DNA of 64,000 nucleotides from Escherichia coli (GCF_013122565.1 NZ_CP053258.1), one strand, 5' to 3'; positions 33,245 to 45,419 are shown, counted from the stretch's first letter. Notes: generated by a model from the sequence alone, not told the origin. Numbers and translations: made by a program.

Positions 33245-33946
33245 TTATTTTTTGCTTTTCCGCTGTTGAGTTGCAGTGGGTTGAAGGTTGTCGAATTGAA
33301 TATTTGTCATATCGATAGCTAACTTCAGATAGCTAAGGTTGTTAGGCGAAATGCCTTTAAGTGTGAGATTGATGTCCTGCCATTGCCCCGGCATTAATTG
33401 CAATGAGGATTTCAGCGAGGTGCTGAAAAGCAGTTGTTGCCATTTATCATAAGCTTTTGGATCCGTAGGTCTCTCAGCACCCCATGTGGCGTGGAAGCCA
33501 ATGTTGGAGACAGGAACACTTAACAGATTGACCAACGAAATACGAATAACACTGCCGTTTTCAACCGCGTCGATGGATAGCACTCGTCCCGCCAAACCAA
33601 CTGAGCCGTTATTTAAAATGAAGTATTTAGTTTGCGCAGGGTTAAATTCTGTGAATAGAAACTCATTTTGTTGTTTTTTGATTTCCTTCACGGCATCGGT
33701 AAGTATTCTTGTACTTCCTGTGATAATGTTTTGTTGCTTTTCAATAAGTTCCGTTTTATTGATGTACTGTTCTTGCTGTTTCTCCAGGGCGTCTATTCTG
33801 TTTTTTTGTAATTCTTGCTGTTTGGTTAGATCATCTATTAATTTTGTTTTTTCAACATAGTCACACCCCGTCAACGTGTAGAGTGATACTAAAGCCAGTA
33901 CGCTTAAGAGTATTGCCTTGAAGTTAATCATTGAATTCCTTTTCAT
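33245..33946 (-). CDS. SadB-like inner-membrane lipoprotein, co-oriented upstream of the adhesin
   Basis: 233 aa ORF; signal peptide with lipobox LTGC then Asp at +2; N-terminal coiled-coil segment; 43 bp upstream of adhesin start. Confidence 0.7.
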   Translation of the reverse strand: MKRNSMINFKAILLSVLALVSLYTLTGCDYVEKTKLIDDLTKQQELQKNRIDALEKQQEQYINKTELIEKQQNIITGSTRILTDAVKEIKKQQNEFLFTEFNPAQTKYFILNNGSVGLAGRVLSIDAVENGSVIRISLVNLLSVPVSNIGFHATWGAERPTDPKAYDKWQQLLFSTSLKSSLQLMPGQWQDINLTLKGISPNNLSYLKLAIDMTNIQFDNLQPTATQQRKSKK

Positions 33947-34454
33947 TATCTTCCAATAAGGGTGAATTTTTTAGCGAATCATCTTTTAAATAAATAATTC
34001 ATTGCTTATGTATTTGTGGTAGGAATCATAAATAAGCGATCGGATTTTTAGCATCATTAATATATTATTAAGTATCAACTGATTTAAAATTATTTCAAAA
34101 GGTATTAAAGCGCGGGGATTCTAATTAACAATGTTAATTAATGTCAAATGTAAAGTAGCTAATGATTGGCACTCTGAGAACTGAATATTGCTGTAAGTGA
34201 AATTAGCGCAATAGTTTTTGTGATATTGATCGGGGCAATATCAGTATCGGTTATCAGTTAATCAATGAAATGCGATAATCTATTTGTTATATTTATATAA
34301 TATTTTTTTTGCTCAACACATTTTTCAGACAATAGTCCGCAGCAATGACTCAAGAGCTAGAGAGAAGGAGGGGATGGAACTTAGTTTTTTTGCCTCTGAA
34401 GCAAACTCCTGCATCTCTCTGCAGGAGCGATTTGTCATTTGAGATACTGTCTTC

Positions 34455-34817
34455 TTAAAACGCAGTCTTAGAGAATCCTGTCATCTCCTGCAGGCCCATT
34501 TCGCGGCCCAGCGCGGTCATTGGGTGCACAACCACCAGTCCGCGCACACTTTTCTTCAGCTTGCCCATGTCAGCCTGCTCTTTTTTGGTAATTGCGCGCT
34601 GAAACGGCATCTTCATCAGCTTCTGTGCTTCTTTACTCAGTTTCTGGCTGTGAACTTCACGCAGGCGGGCAATTTCTGCTTCCAGCGTGGCTTTCTCTTT
34701 TTCCAGCTCGGCATATTTGTCTGCGGCTTCAACCAGCGACAGATCGGCCTGCTGGTGGCGGATGGCGTCCAGACGATCGCTGAGACGTTTGATTTCGTTT
34801 TTTTCGACTTCTTTCAT
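34455..34817 (-). CDS. yibL: Ribosome-associated protein YibL
   Basis: 120 aa ORF, recognised as YibL. Confidence 0.85.
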
Positions 34818-35101
34818 GTGATGGCTTCTGATAAAGATAAATTTATAGCCCCTAGTATGCGCGACCAGGTGCTTTGTTCACAACTGATGACATTGCAATA
34901 GTTCTGTAATGTAATCATTAATATGCTTAAAAACTACGCAATTTATTGATTAATTAAGAAATCTATAGAAAAAAGATAATAAACAGCAGCGGATGATTAT
35001 TGAGGATTCAGCACGTTTTCCTTAATGTCATCTTTACCGGGAACCTAAACTAAAATAGGCGGCCGCGCATTCCCGGCGCGGGGTAATACGGAGATATCAT
35101 C

Positions 35102-35311
35102 ATGGGCAAATTAGGTGAAAACGTTCCGCTTCTTATCGATAAAGCCGTAGATTTCATGGCATCAAGCCAGGCGTTCCGGGAGTATCTGAAAAAACTTCCT
35201 CCCCGTAACGCGATTCCGTCCGGAATACCCGATGAAAGCGTGCCGTTATATCTACAACGTCTGGAGTATTATCGTCGGCTTTATCGGCCGAAGCAGGTAG
35301 AGGGGCAGTAA
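35102..35311 (+). CDS. yibT: Small protein YibT
   Basis: 69 aa ORF between yibL and mtlR, as in K-12. Confidence 0.7.
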
Positions 35312-35326
35312 GCAGACGTTGCTTAC
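35308..35326. terminator. Bidirectional hairpin shared by convergent yibT and mtlR
   Basis: GTAAGCA-gacgt-TGCTTAC followed by TTTT; both stop codons lie inside the stem. Confidence 0.55.
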
Positions 35327-35910
35327 TTTTGGAAGGCTTTTTTTAAGCTGATTTTGGAAATCAGCTCTGTCAGTGAAAGGACCATTGTTGATCGCACAGC
35401 CTGTTGATAGCGCTGAATTTGCATTGCATACAAACTGGAGTCTGCAGGTTCAAACTGTGGCGGCGGTGGTAACGCCGCCACGCAATGCAGTTCACCAAAG
35501 GGTCCAAGGATTTCGTCGTCGGTAAACGCGTACTCGTTGCCGTCGTGATTTAGCTCTTCACGCAATGCCATCAGCAGTTCCGCATCTTCGTATTCCTGGC
35601 GGTTAATGACGCCCAACCCGTAAATGAGTTTTAAACGCACAGAAAGATCGCCCAGCGGACCATCGCCGTCGAGTAACGGTTCTACAGCATACTTCACCGC
35701 GTAATCGTCTTTGCGGAATACCTGAAGCACCAGAAGATTTACCGCTTCGGTCAGGAGCTCGACGGCGGTGATCAGAAAGCTTCGCACGGTTTTGCCAGCA
35801 TTCAGACGCTCAAGCACACGGTTTTCAAAGGCCTGGGTTTGTTCCATTATTGCCTGCATATCTGACAATCTGTTATTCGGGCGCAGGGTGTCCTGCGCCT
35901 GGTCCACCAT
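35323..35910 (-). CDS. mtlR: Mannitol operon repressor
   Basis: 195 aa ORF immediately downstream of mtlD. Confidence 0.9.
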   Translation of the reverse strand: MVDQAQDTLRPNNRLSDMQAIMEQTQAFENRVLERLNAGKTVRSFLITAVELLTEAVNLLVLQVFRKDDYAVKYAVEPLLDGDGPLGDLSVRLKLIYGLGVINRQEYEDAELLMALREELNHDGNEYAFTDDEILGPFGELHCVAALPPPPQFEPADSSLYAMQIQRYQQAVRSTMVLSLTELISKISLKKAFQK

Positions 35911-37058
35911 TATTGCATTGCTTTATAAGCGGTTACCGCCTCGGATACAACCTCGCTGTTGGCATCAAGACCGGAAATCTGTGCCAGCGCTGCCTGCGGA
36001 CCTTTGTCAGCGATCAGTGCTGCCAGTTCCTGAGCCTGCGGATCATCTTCACTGCGGAAGTGCATTGCAGCGGCAATACCTTCAATCAGGTTTTTATGTG
36101 GCAGACCATATTCCAGCGTACCGAGCAGTGGCTTGATCAGACGGTCGCCAGCACTCAGTTTACGCAGCGGCTGACGGCCTACGCGCTCAACATCATCTTT
36201 CAGATACGGGTTCTCAAAACGACCGAGGATTTTCTGGATGTACGCCGCATGTTTGTCTGCGTCAAAGCCGTAACGCTTGATCAGTACCGCGCCGCTTTCT
36301 TCCATCGCACCTTTTACCACCGCGCGGATTTTCTCGTCGAGAATCGCGTCACGAATGGTCTGATGACCCGCCAGTTTTCCGAGGTACGCGGTTATAGCAT
36401 GACCTGTGTTCAGGGTGAAGAGTTTACGTTCGACAAATGCCATCAGGTTGTCGGTTAACTCCATGCCTGGGATGTTCGGCAGTGCGCCTTTGAACTGCGT
36501 TTTATCGACAATCCATTCGCTGAAGGTTTCTACCGTCACTTCCAGAGGATCGTTAGTTGCCGAAGCCGAAGGCGGCACGATGCGGTCAACGGCGGAATCG
36601 ACAAAGCCAACGTGTTCTTCTACCCACGTTTTGGCGTCTTCTGGCAGGGCGTTCATCACATGGCCTTTCAGCTGCGTGGTACCGCGTACCATGTTTTCAC
36701 AGGCGATGATGTTCAGCGGGGATTCATTACCTTGTTCTTTACGTTTCACCAGCCCTTTGGCGATAGCCGGAGCAATACGTTCCAGCACAACCGGGCCAAC
36801 GGCGGTAGTGACTAAATCGACCTGAGCAATCAGATCAACGACATCATCACCAATGCTGCTGACAGCATTGACGCCGGAAACGGTATCAACCTGCTCGGTT
36901 TCACCAACCACATGAACCTGATAGCTATGACGGGCATTCAGGGCATCAAGTACCACCTGATTGACATCGGCAAACGTCAGTTGGATACCCGCGTCTGCCA
37001 GCAGTTTACCGATAAAGCCACGACCGATATTACCTGCGCCAAAATGTAATGCTTTCAT
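35910..37058 (-). CDS. mtlD: Mannitol-1-phosphate 5-dehydrogenase
   Basis: ORF runs to 37376 through REP-like sequence; true start [15 protein letters not shown] (382 aa). Confidence 0.93.
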   Translation of the reverse strand: MKALHFGAGNIGRGFIGKLLADAGIQLTFADVNQVVLDALNARHSYQVHVVGETEQVDTVSGVNAVSSIGDDVVDLIAQVDLVTTAVGPVVLERIAPAIAKGLVKRKEQGNESPLNIIACENMVRGTTQLKGHVMNALPEDAKTWVEEHVGFVDSAVDRIVPPSASATNDPLEVTVETFSEWIVDKTQFKGALPNIPGMELTDNLMAFVERKLFTLNTGHAITAYLGKLAGHQTIRDAILDEKIRAVVKGAMEESGAVLIKRYGFDADKHAAYIQKILGRFENPYLKDDVERVGRQPLRKLSAGDRLIKPLLGTLEYGLPHKNLIEGIAAAMHFRSEDDPQAQELAALIADKGPQAALAQISGLDANSEVVSEAVTAYKAMQ

Positions 37059-37084
37059 AGTATTAACCTTCATCAATGTTTTTA

Positions 37085-37285
<201 letters not shown>

Positions 37286-37287
37286 GA

Positions 37288-39201
37288 TTACTTATGACCT
37301 GCCAGCAGTTCCAGCACTTCATCCACGCTGGTGGTGTGTGCCAGACGCTCGATGACGGACTCATCATCCAGTGCATTGGTCAGGCTGGTGATAACCTGAA
37401 TGTGCTCGTTGTTGCGGGCAGCAATACCAATCACCAGACGGGCAATGTCATCTTCTTCTTCACCGAAGCGCACGCCTTCCGGGTACTGGCAGAACACGAC
37501 GCCCGTTTTCAGTACGCGATCTTTCGCTTCAACCGTACCGTGTGGCACCGCGATAGACTCACCCAGATAAGTCGGGGTCAGTTTTTCACGATCCAACATC
37601 GCCTGAACGTATTCCGGCTCAACGTAACCGCCTTTCACCAGCTGCTCGCCAGCAAAACGAATCGCTTCTTCTTTGGTTGCCGCTTTGCGACCGAGGAAGA
37701 TGTTCTCCGCGCCCAGTTTGAATAGGTTAGCACTGGAATCGTCAAAGCTGTCTTTCAGACTGTCTTTCACTTTCACTTCGTTTTCAGTATGGCGCTGGGC
37801 AGCAACCAGACGTTCGGTCAGGCTGGTGTACAGGCCACTGTCGAGGAAGTTGGTCAGCGAAATATGCTGCGCCTGCGGAACCTGGCGCATAGCGCGTTCG
37901 GTCAGGTCACGGTGAGTGATGACGAGGTCCACATCTGGCGGCAGGTTGTTGATCGCGCTGTTAGTGACCGAAATCTGCGACAGACCTGCATCCTGAATTT
38001 TCTTACGCAGCACGCCTGCGCCCATCGCACTTGAACCCATACCGGCGTCACAGGCAACGATGATTTTACGTACGTGGCTCAGGTCGTTAGTCACATCACC
38101 CGCAGACAGCGGAGATGCGCCTTTAGACTCAGCTTTCATGTCCTGCATACGACGAGTTGCTGCTTCAATATCATCTTCTTCTTTCACTTTGCTGGTTTTC
38201 AGCAAAATAGCAGAGACAACGAAGGAGACAGCCATCGCCGCACACACACCCGCGATGTTAGCGAAATAAGCACCTTTTGGTGTCATCGCCAGTACCGCAA
38301 GGATAGAACCCGGAGATGCCGGAGAAACCAGACCACCGCCCAGGATAGTCAGCGTGAACACGCCAGTCATACCGCCGAGGATAACGGCCAGGATCAGACG
38401 CGGATTCATCAGCACATACGGGAAGTAGATTTCGTGGATACCACCCAGGAAGTGGATGATTGCCGCACCACCCGCAGACTGTTTAGCACTACCACGACCA
38501 AAGAACATGTACGCCAGCAGCACGCCCATACCTGGACCTGGGTTAGCTTCAATCAGGAAGAAGATGGATTTACCCAGTTCATGGGACTGCTGAATACCCA
38601 GCGGCGAGAAGATACCGTGGTTAATGGCGTTGTTGAGGAACAGGATTTTCGCCGGTTCAACAAAGATAGATGCCAGCGGCAGCATGTCATGGACAACCAT
38701 GAAGTTAACGCCCGCAGCCAGCATTTTGGACAGGGCTTCAACAATCGGGCCAATGCCGAGGAATGCCAGAATGGCGAGGATCATCCCGATGATGCCTGCG
38801 GAGAAGTTATTCACCAGCATCTCAAAACCGGATTTGATCTTACCGTCTACCCAGCGGTCGAAGTGCTTAATGCACCAGCCGCCCAGCGGACCTGCAATCA
38901 TAGAGCCGAGGAACATCGGCATGTCTGCGCCGACGATAACGCCCATGGTGGTGATGGCACCGACTACGCCGCCACGTTCGCCGCCTACCAGCTTACCACC
39001 GGTATAACCGATCAGCAGCGGCAGGAGGTAAGTGATCATCGGTCCGACTAGCTTCGCCAGCGTCTCGTTCGGTAACCACCCTGTTGGAATAAATAATGCG
39101 GTGATGATACCCCACGCGATAAACGCGCCGATATTTGGCATCACCATGTTGCTGAGGAAACGACCAAAGCTTTGCACTTTGATCTTAATATCGGATGACA
39201 T
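37288..39201 (-). CDS. mtlA: PTS mannitol-specific EIICBA component
   Basis: 637 aa ORF recognised as MtlA. Confidence 0.95.
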   Translation of the reverse strand: MSSDIKIKVQSFGRFLSNMVMPNIGAFIAWGIITALFIPTGWLPNETLAKLVGPMITYLLPLLIGYTGGKLVGGERGGVVGAITTMGVIVGADMPMFLGSMIAGPLGGWCIKHFDRWVDGKIKSGFEMLVNNFSAGIIGMILAILAFLGIGPIVEALSKMLAAGVNFMVVHDMLPLASIFVEPAKILFLNNAINHGIFSPLGIQQSHELGKSIFFLIEANPGPGMGVLLAYMFFGRGSAKQSAGGAAIIHFLGGIHEIYFPYVLMNPRLILAVILGGMTGVFTLTILGGGLVSPASPGSILAVLAMTPKGAYFANIAGVCAAMAVSFVVSAILLKTSKVKEEDDIEAATRRMQDMKAESKGASPLSAGDVTNDLSHVRKIIVACDAGMGSSAMGAGVLRKKIQDAGLSQISVTNSAINNLPPDVDLVITHRDLTERAMRQVPQAQHISLTNFLDSGLYTSLTERLVAAQRHTENEVKVKDSLKDSFDDSSANLFKLGAENIFLGRKAATKEEAIRFAGEQLVKGGYVEPEYVQAMLDREKLTPTYLGESIAVPHGTVEAKDRVLKTGVVFCQYPEGVRFGEEEDDIARLVIGIAARNNEHIQVITSLTNALDDESVIERLAHTTSVDEVLELLAGHK

Positions 39202-39388
39202 AAAAACACCCCTTCTTATGTTTGCTGTCGCGCAGGCTGGAAGCCCGAGGTTTTTTGTTAATGTGGCGGCAGAGGTAGCCGGACCTTGTGGATAGTGCGA
39301 AATCTGGCACTGAATCGGTTAACTGTCCAGTCGTCGGCCTTTTGTGTGATATTAGTCACATAAATATAGGGGGTAGAGAGGTAATTGA

Positions 39389-39521
39389 CGTGATGTCCAT
39401 CACAAAACACTTGTGTAAAAAAGCAACAAGCCGGCTGTTTTCGCTAAAAATGGCATTTAAATGTGAGTAATGTCACATTTTTGTTTTGATGGTTTGTTGA
39501 ATCTTTGTGATCTGAATCACA
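39389..39521 (-). promoter_or_regulatory. mtlA upstream region with three CRP-consensus sites
   Basis: TGTGA-N6-TCACA matches at about 39389-39404 (cGTGAtgtccaTCACA), 39462-39477 (TGTGAgtaatgTCACA) and 39506-39521 (TGTGAtctgaaTCACA). Confidence 0.6.
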
Positions 39522-39737
39522 AGATATTTTCTTACGGCGTTCAGCTGATGTGATCTACAGCATGTTATGCCTTCGTCATAAAATCGTTATGTAACTAAGC
39601 AACTCATCACCTCTAAAAATTATTCTTTGGTGTTATGGCGAGAATCGCGAACCCGGATTATTGTCAAAATATCAGCCTGACTCCCTTCTGGCTGCCAGCC
39701 AAAAAACAACACTGATAAACGTGAATCCGAGGCAGAT

Positions 39738-40100
39738 ATGTTTCTAAACTATTTCGCGTTAGGAGTGCTGATCTTCGTCTTTCTGGTGATTTTTTATGGA
39801 ATCATCGCGATACATGACATCCCTTATCTGATTGCCAAAAAGCGCAACCATCCCCATGCCGACGCTATTCATACGGCGGGCTGGGTGAGCCTGTTTACTC
39901 TGCATGTTATCTGGCCGTTTCTGTGGATTTGGGCGACGCTCTATCAACCGGAGCGCGGGTGGGGCATGCAGTCACATGTTGCGTCGCAGGAGAAAGCGAC
40001 TGACCCGGAAATCGCCGCACTTTCTGACCGAATTTCCCGGCTGGAGCACCAACTCGCCGCCGAGAAAAAGACTGACTATTCCACGTTCCCGGAGATCTAA
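39738..40100 (+). CDS. yibI: DUF3302 small inner-membrane protein
   Basis: 120 aa ORF, two TM helices; paralog of yiaW in this window. Confidence 0.85.
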   Translation: MFLNYFALGVLIFVFLVIFYGIIAIHDIPYLIAKKRNHPHADAIHTAGWVSLFTLHVIWPFLWIWATLYQPERGWGMQSHVASQEKATDPEIAALSDRISRLEHQLAAEKKTDYSTFPEI

Positions 40101-40102
40101 TT

Positions 40103-41239
40103 ATGGATCTATTGATTGTTTTAACTTACGTGGCGCTGGCGTGGGCGGTCTTTAAAATCTTCCGCATTCCAGTAAATCAGTGGACGCTGGCGACGGCGGC
40201 GCTGGGAGGCGTGTTTCTGGTGAGTGGTTTGATTTTGTTGATGAACTACAACCACCCTTACACTTTTACCGCGCAAAAGGCTGTGATAGCGATCCCCATC
40301 ACGCCACAGGTGACGGGAATTGTTACTGAAGTCACTGACAAGAATAATCAGCTTATTCAAAAGGGCGAGGTACTTTTTAAGCTCGACCCGGTTCGTTACC
40401 AGGCGCGAGTTGACAGACTTCAGGCTGACCTGATGACGGCGACGCATAATATAAAGACGCTGCGCGCCCAGCTCACTGAAGCGCAGGCCAACACCACCCA
40501 GGTTTCAGCGGAGCGCGACCGTCTGTTTAAAAATTATCAACGTTATCTGAAAGGCAGCCAGGCGGCGGTGAATCCGTTCTCGGAACGTGACATCGACGAT
40601 GCGCGGCAAAATTTCCTCGCGCAGGATGCGCTGGTGAAAGGCTCGGTGGCGGAGCAGGCGCAGATCCAGAGCCAGCTCGACAGTATGGTTAACGGCGAGC
40701 AATCGCAGATTGTGAGCTTAAGAGCGCAACTTACTGAAGCAAAATATAATCTTGAGCAGACTGTCATTCGCGCGCCGAGCAATGGCTACGTTACTCAGGT
40801 ACTGATCCGCCCAGGCACATACGCAGCTGCCTTGCCGCTGCGTCCGGTGATGGTCTTCATCCCCGAGCAAAAACGGCAAATTGTCGCCCAATTTCGGCAA
40901 AACTCGCTGTTACGTCTGAAACCCGGCGATGATGCGGAAGTGGTGTTTAACGCGCTACCTGGGCAGGTGTTTCACGGCAAACTGACCAGTATTTTACCTG
41001 TCGTGCCAGGCGGTTCTTATCAGGCGCAGGGGGTATTGCAATCATTAACGGTCGTGCCCGGCACGGACGGTGTGCTGGGAACCATTGAACTGGACCCTAA
41101 CGATGATATCGATGCCTTACCCGACGGCATCTACGCCCAGGTGGCAGTTTACTCCGACCATTTCAGCCATGTTTCGGTGATGCGTAAGGTGCTGCTAAGA
41201 ATGACCAGTTGGATGCATTATCTTTATTTGGATCATTGA
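40103..41239 (+). CDS. yibH: HlyD-family periplasmic adaptor (membrane fusion) protein
   Basis: 378 aa ORF with N-terminal TM and coiled coil; paralog of yiaV. Confidence 0.85.
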   Translation: MDLLIVLTYVALAWAVFKIFRIPVNQWTLATAALGGVFLVSGLILLMNYNHPYTFTAQKAVIAIPITPQVTGIVTEVTDKNNQLIQKGEVLFKLDPVRYQARVDRLQADLMTATHNIKTLRAQLTEAQANTTQVSAERDRLFKNYQRYLKGSQAAVNPFSERDIDDARQNFLAQDALVKGSVAEQAQIQSQLDSMVNGEQSQIVSLRAQLTEAKYNLEQTVIRAPSNGYVTQVLIRPGTYAAALPLRPVMVFIPEQKRQIVAQFRQNSLLRLKPGDDAEVVFNALPGQVFHGKLTSILPVVPGGSYQAQGVLQSLTVVPGTDGVLGTIELDPNDDIDALPDGIYAQVAVYSDHFSHVSVMRKVLLRMTSWMHYLYLDH

Positions 41240-41309
41240 GACTTATATCACCTGTGTTTTGCGTGAGCCTGAGCCATACTGATATTTTTCCTCGCACAAA
41301 GGACTCGGC

Positions 41310-41918
41310 ATGAAACTCGTCGGTAGCTACACCAGCCCGTTTGTACGCAAACTTTCTATTCTGTTGTTAGAAAAGGGCATAACTTTCGAATTTATTAATG
41401 AACTGCCCTATAACGCGGACAACGGCGTGGCGCAATTTAACCCGTTAGGAAAAGTGCCGGTGCTGGTGACCGAAGAGGGCGAATGCTGGTTTGATTCGCC
41501 GATCATCGCTGAATATATTGAGTTAATGAATGTCGCTCCGGCGATGTTGCCGCGCGATCCGCTGGAGTCGTTGCGGGTGCGCAAAATTGAGGCGCTGGCG
41601 GATGGCATCATGGATGCCGGGCTGGTATCGGTGCGTGAACAGGCGCGTCCGGCGGCGCAGCAGTCTGAAGATGAATTGTTACGTCAGCGTGAGAAAATCA
41701 ACCGTAGCCTTGATGTGCTGGAAGGATATCTGGTCGATGGCACACTCAAAACCGATACGGTCAATCTGGCGACTATCGCCATTGCCTGTGCCGTTGGATA
41801 TCTCAATTTCCGCCGCGTTGCGCCAGGCTGGTGTGTCGACCGCCCACACTTAATCAAACTGGTCGAAAACCTGTTTAGCCGCGAAAGTTTTGCTCGCACC
41901 GAACCGCCAAAGGCTTGA
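41310..41918 (+). CDS. yibF: Glutathione S-transferase-like protein
   Basis: 202 aa ORF with GST fold signature. Confidence 0.85.
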   Translation: MKLVGSYTSPFVRKLSILLLEKGITFEFINELPYNADNGVAQFNPLGKVPVLVTEEGECWFDSPIIAEYIELMNVAPAMLPRDPLESLRVRKIEALADGIMDAGLVSVREQARPAAQQSEDELLRQREKINRSLDVLEGYLVDGTLKTDTVNLATIAIACAVGYLNFRRVAPGWCVDRPHLIKLVENLFSRESFARTEPPKA

Positions 41919-42015
41919 TGCGCGATATGTCCTCCTGACCCATCTCACGTTACAATCCGTGGTTATGTTAAACGCCCTTCTCCGTGTGAGAGGGCCTTGA
42001 TCAGCCAGGTTTCCT

Positions 42016-43407
42016 ATGACAACCGAAACGCGTTCCCTCTATAGTCAACTTCCGGCTATTGATCGCTTATTGCGCGATAGCTCCTTCCTTTCTTTGCGTG
42101 ATACTTATGGTCACACCCGCGTAGTGGAATTGCTGCGTCAGATGCTTGACGAAGCGCGAGAAGTGATTCGTGACAGCCAGACGCTGCCTGCGTGGTGTGA
42201 AAACTGGGCGCAAGAAGTCGATGCCCGGTTGACGAAAGAGGCGCAGAGCGCGCTGCGTCCGGTGATCAACCTGACGGGAACCGTGCTGCATACCAACCTT
42301 GGTCGAGCTTTACAGGCGGAAGCCGCGGTGGAAGCCGTTGCGCAGGCTATGCGTTCGCCAGTGACCCTCGAGTACGATCTGGACGACGCCGGACGCGGAC
42401 ATCGCGATCGGGCGCTGGCGCAGTTGCTGTGCCGCATTACGGGGGCGGAAGATGCCTGTATCGTTAATAACAATGCGGCGGCGGTGTTATTGATGTTGGC
42501 GGCCACTGCCAGCGGGAAAGAGGTGGTGGTATCTCGCGGCGAACTGGTGGAGATTGGCGGCGCGTTTCGTATTCCCGATGTTATGCGTCAGGCAGGCTGC
42601 ACCCTACACGAAGTAGGGACCACCAACCGCACGCACGCGAATGATTATCGTCAGGCGGTGAATGAAAATACCGCGCTGTTGATGAAAGTACATACCAGTA
42701 ACTACAGCATTCAGGGGTTCACCAAAGCGATAGACGAAGCGGAACTGGTGGCGCTCGGCAAAGAACTGGATATTCCCGTAGTGACTGATTTAGGCAGTGG
42801 CTCGCTGGTCGATCTTAGCCAGTACGGTTTGCCGAAAGAGCCAATGCCGCAGGAGTTGATTGCGGCGGGCGTCAGTCTGGTGAGCTTCTCCGGCGACAAG
42901 CTGTTAGGCGGGCCGCAGGCAGGAATTATTGTTGGTAAAAAAGAGATGATCGCCCGCCTGCAAAGCCACCCGCTGAAGCGTGCATTACGCGCGGATAAAA
43001 TGACCCTTGCGGCGCTGGAAGCTACGTTGCGTCTTTATTTACACCCTGAAGCTCTGAGTAAAAAATTACCGACCCTGCGCCTGCTTACCCGCAGCGCAGA
43101 GGTCATTCAAATCCAGGCACAACGTTTACAGGCTCCCCTTGCCGCACATTACGGCGCGGAGTTTGCAGTCCAGGTTATGCCATGTCTTTCGCAGATTGGC
43201 AGTGGTTCGCTGCCGGTTGATCGCCTGCCGAGCGCGGCATTAACGTTTACACCCCATGATGGACGCGGTAGCCACCTTGAGTCATTAGCCGCCCGCTGGC
43301 GTGAATTGCCAGTGCCGGTGATTGGTCGTATTTATGACGGACGATTGTGGCTGGATTTACGCTGCCTTGAAGATGAGCAACGGTTTTTGGAGATGTTGTT
43401 GAAATGA
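42016..43407 (+). CDS. selA: L-seryl-tRNA(Sec) selenium transferase
   Basis: 463 aa ORF recognised as SelA. Confidence 0.95.
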   Translation: MTTETRSLYSQLPAIDRLLRDSSFLSLRDTYGHTRVVELLRQMLDEAREVIRDSQTLPAWCENWAQEVDARLTKEAQSALRPVINLTGTVLHTNLGRALQAEAAVEAVAQAMRSPVTLEYDLDDAGRGHRDRALAQLLCRITGAEDACIVNNNAAAVLLMLAATASGKEVVVSRGELVEIGGAFRIPDVMRQAGCTLHEVGTTNRTHANDYRQAVNENTALLMKVHTSNYSIQGFTKAIDEAELVALGKELDIPVVTDLGSGSLVDLSQYGLPKEPMPQELIAAGVSLVSFSGDKLLGGPQAGIIVGKKEMIARLQSHPLKRALRADKMTLAALEATLRLYLHPEALSKKLPTLRLLTRSAEVIQIQAQRLQAPLAAHYGAEFAVQVMPCLSQIGSGSLPVDRLPSAALTFTPHDGRGSHLESLAARWRELPVPVIGRIYDGRLWLDLRCLEDEQRFLEMLLK

Positions 43408-45248
43408 TTATTGCGACTGCCGGACACGTTGACCACGGCAAAACAACCTTATTGCAGGCGATTACTGGCGTAAATGCCGATCGTCTGCCGGAAGAAAAAA
43501 AGCGCGGCATGACTATCGATCTCGGCTATGCCTACTGGCCGCAGCCGGATGGCCGCGTGCCTGGTTTTATCGACGTGCCCGGTCATGAAAAGTTTCTTTC
43601 CAACATGCTGGCGGGCGTTGGTGGTATCGATCACGCGCTGTTGGTGGTGGCGTGCGATGACGGCGTGATGGCACAGACCCGTGAGCATCTGGCGATTTTG
43701 CAGCTGACCGGTAACCCGATGCTGACAGTGGCGCTGACCAAGGCCGATCGCGTGGACGAAGCGCGTGTTGATGAGGTTGAACGTCAGGTAAAGGAGGTGC
43801 TGCGGGAATACGGTTTTGCTGAGGCAAAACTGTTTATCACCGCAGCAACCGAAGGTCGGGGAATTGATGCCCTGCGCGAGCATCTGCTTCAGTTACCAGA
43901 ACGTGAGCACGCCAGCCAACATAGTTTCCGCCTCGCGATCGACCGCGCATTTACCGTAAAAGGTGCCGGGCTGGTCGTCACCGGTACGGCGTTAAGCGGG
44001 GAAGTGAAGGTAGGCGATTCACTCTGGCTGACTGGTGTAAATAAACCGATGCGTGTACGTGCACTGCATGCACAAAACCAGCCAACAGAAACCGCTCATG
44101 CCGGCCAGCGTATCGCGCTTAACATCGCGGGGGATGCGGAAAAAGAGCAGATTAACCGTGGCGACTGGCTGCTTGCCGATGTGCCGCCAGAGCCGTTCAC
44201 GCGGGTGATTGTCGAGCTTCAAACCCATACGCCGCTGACCCAGTGGCAGCCGCTGCATATTCACCACGCCGCCAGCCACGTTACGGGACGCGTTTCGCTG
44301 CTGGAAGATAACCTTGCCGAGCTGGTGTTCGACACGCCGCTGTGGCTGGCGGATAACGATCGCTTAGTGTTGCGCGATATCTCGGCCCGCAATACGCTCG
44401 CGGGGGCGCGTGTGGTGATGCTTAACCCGCCGCGTCGCGGTAAACGTAAGCCGGAATATCTGCAATGGCTGGCGTCACTGGCACGGGCGCAGAGCGATGC
44501 CGATGCGTTATCTGTTCATCTGGAACGCGGCGCGGTTAACCTTGCGGATTTCGCCTGGGCGCGCCAGCTCAACGGCGAAGGGATGCGCGAATTGCTGCAA
44601 CAGCCGGGCTATATTCAGGCTGGTTATAGCTTGTTGAATGCGCCGGTTGCCGCCCGCTGGCAGCGGAAAATTCTCGACACATTAGCGACTTATCATGAGC
44701 AACATCGCGATGAACCTGGCCCTGGGCGCGAACGTCTGCGACGTATGGCGTTGCCAATGGAAGATGAAGCGCTGGTACTGTTGCTGATTGAAAAGATGCG
44801 CGAAAGCGGCGACATCCTCAGTCATCACGGTTGGCTGCATCTGCCAGATCACAAAGCGGGCTTCAGCGAAGAGCAGCAGGCCATCTGGCAAAAAGCAGAG
44901 CCGCTGTTTGGTGACGAGCCGTGGTGGGTGCGTGATCTGGCAAAAGAGACGGGTACCGACGAGCAGGCAATGCGCCTGACTCTACGCCAGGCGGCGCAGC
45001 AAGGAATAATTACCGCGATCGTTAAAGATCGTTATTACCGTAACGATCGGATTGTCGAATTTGCCAATATGATCCGCGATCTCGATCAGGAATGTGGCTC
45101 GACCTGCGCGGCGGATTTCCGCGATCGCTTAGGCGTAGGCCGAAAGCTGGCAATTCAGATTCTGGAATATTTTGACCGCATTGGCTTTACACGTCGTCGT
45201 GGAAATGATCATTTATTGCGCGACGCATTATTATTTCCGGAAAAATAA
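43404..45248 (+). CDS. selB: Selenocysteine-specific elongation factor
   Basis: 614 aa ORF with GTPase motifs [16 protein letters not shown]; start overlaps selA stop. Confidence 0.95.
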   Translation: MIIATAGHVDHGKTTLLQAITGVNADRLPEEKKRGMTIDLGYAYWPQPDGRVPGFIDVPGHEKFLSNMLAGVGGIDHALLVVACDDGVMAQTREHLAILQLTGNPMLTVALTKADRVDEARVDEVERQVKEVLREYGFAEAKLFITAATEGRGIDALREHLLQLPEREHASQHSFRLAIDRAFTVKGAGLVVTGTALSGEVKVGDSLWLTGVNKPMRVRALHAQNQPTETAHAGQRIALNIAGDAEKEQINRGDWLLADVPPEPFTRVIVELQTHTPLTQWQPLHIHHAASHVTGRVSLLEDNLAELVFDTPLWLADNDRLVLRDISARNTLAGARVVMLNPPRRGKRKPEYLQWLASLARAQSDADALSVHLERGAVNLADFAWARQLNGEGMRELLQQPGYIQAGYSLLNAPVAARWQRKILDTLATYHEQHRDEPGPGRERLRRMALPMEDEALVLLLIEKMRESGDILSHHGWLHLPDHKAGFSEEQQAIWQKAEPLFGDEPWWVRDLAKETGTDEQAMRLTLRQAAQQGIITAIVKDRYYRNDRIVEFANMIRDLDQECGSTCAADFRDRLGVGRKLAIQILEYFDRIGFTRRRGNDHLLRDALLFPEK

Positions 45249-45298
45249 GGCGTTGATTAATTCAAATTAAACGAGAAGTAGATAAAAATTGTTATAAA

Positions 45299-45330
45299 TA
45301 AAAAAGCACATTTCAATGTGCTTTTTTATT
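45299..45330 (+). terminator. Rho-independent terminator after selB
   Basis: AAAAAGCACATT-tcaa-TGTGCTTTTTTATT: hairpin with A-tract before and T-tract after. Confidence 0.65.
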
Positions 45331-45419
45331 GCGAATGATTAAAAGAGTAATAGCGCTCATATTTTAAATTAAAATATTTTGTAAGCTTCGCGTCATTTTA
45401 TACTCGTTCAGGGTGTTTT

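Noticed and set aside
38074-39051. 325 aa plus-strand ORF and other antisense ORFs inside mtlA; similar antisense ORFs inside lldP, tdh, the adhesin gene, aldB and lyxK
   Set aside because: Antisense to confidently identified genes; Arg/His-rich or repeat-mirroring compositions; treated as six-frame noise.
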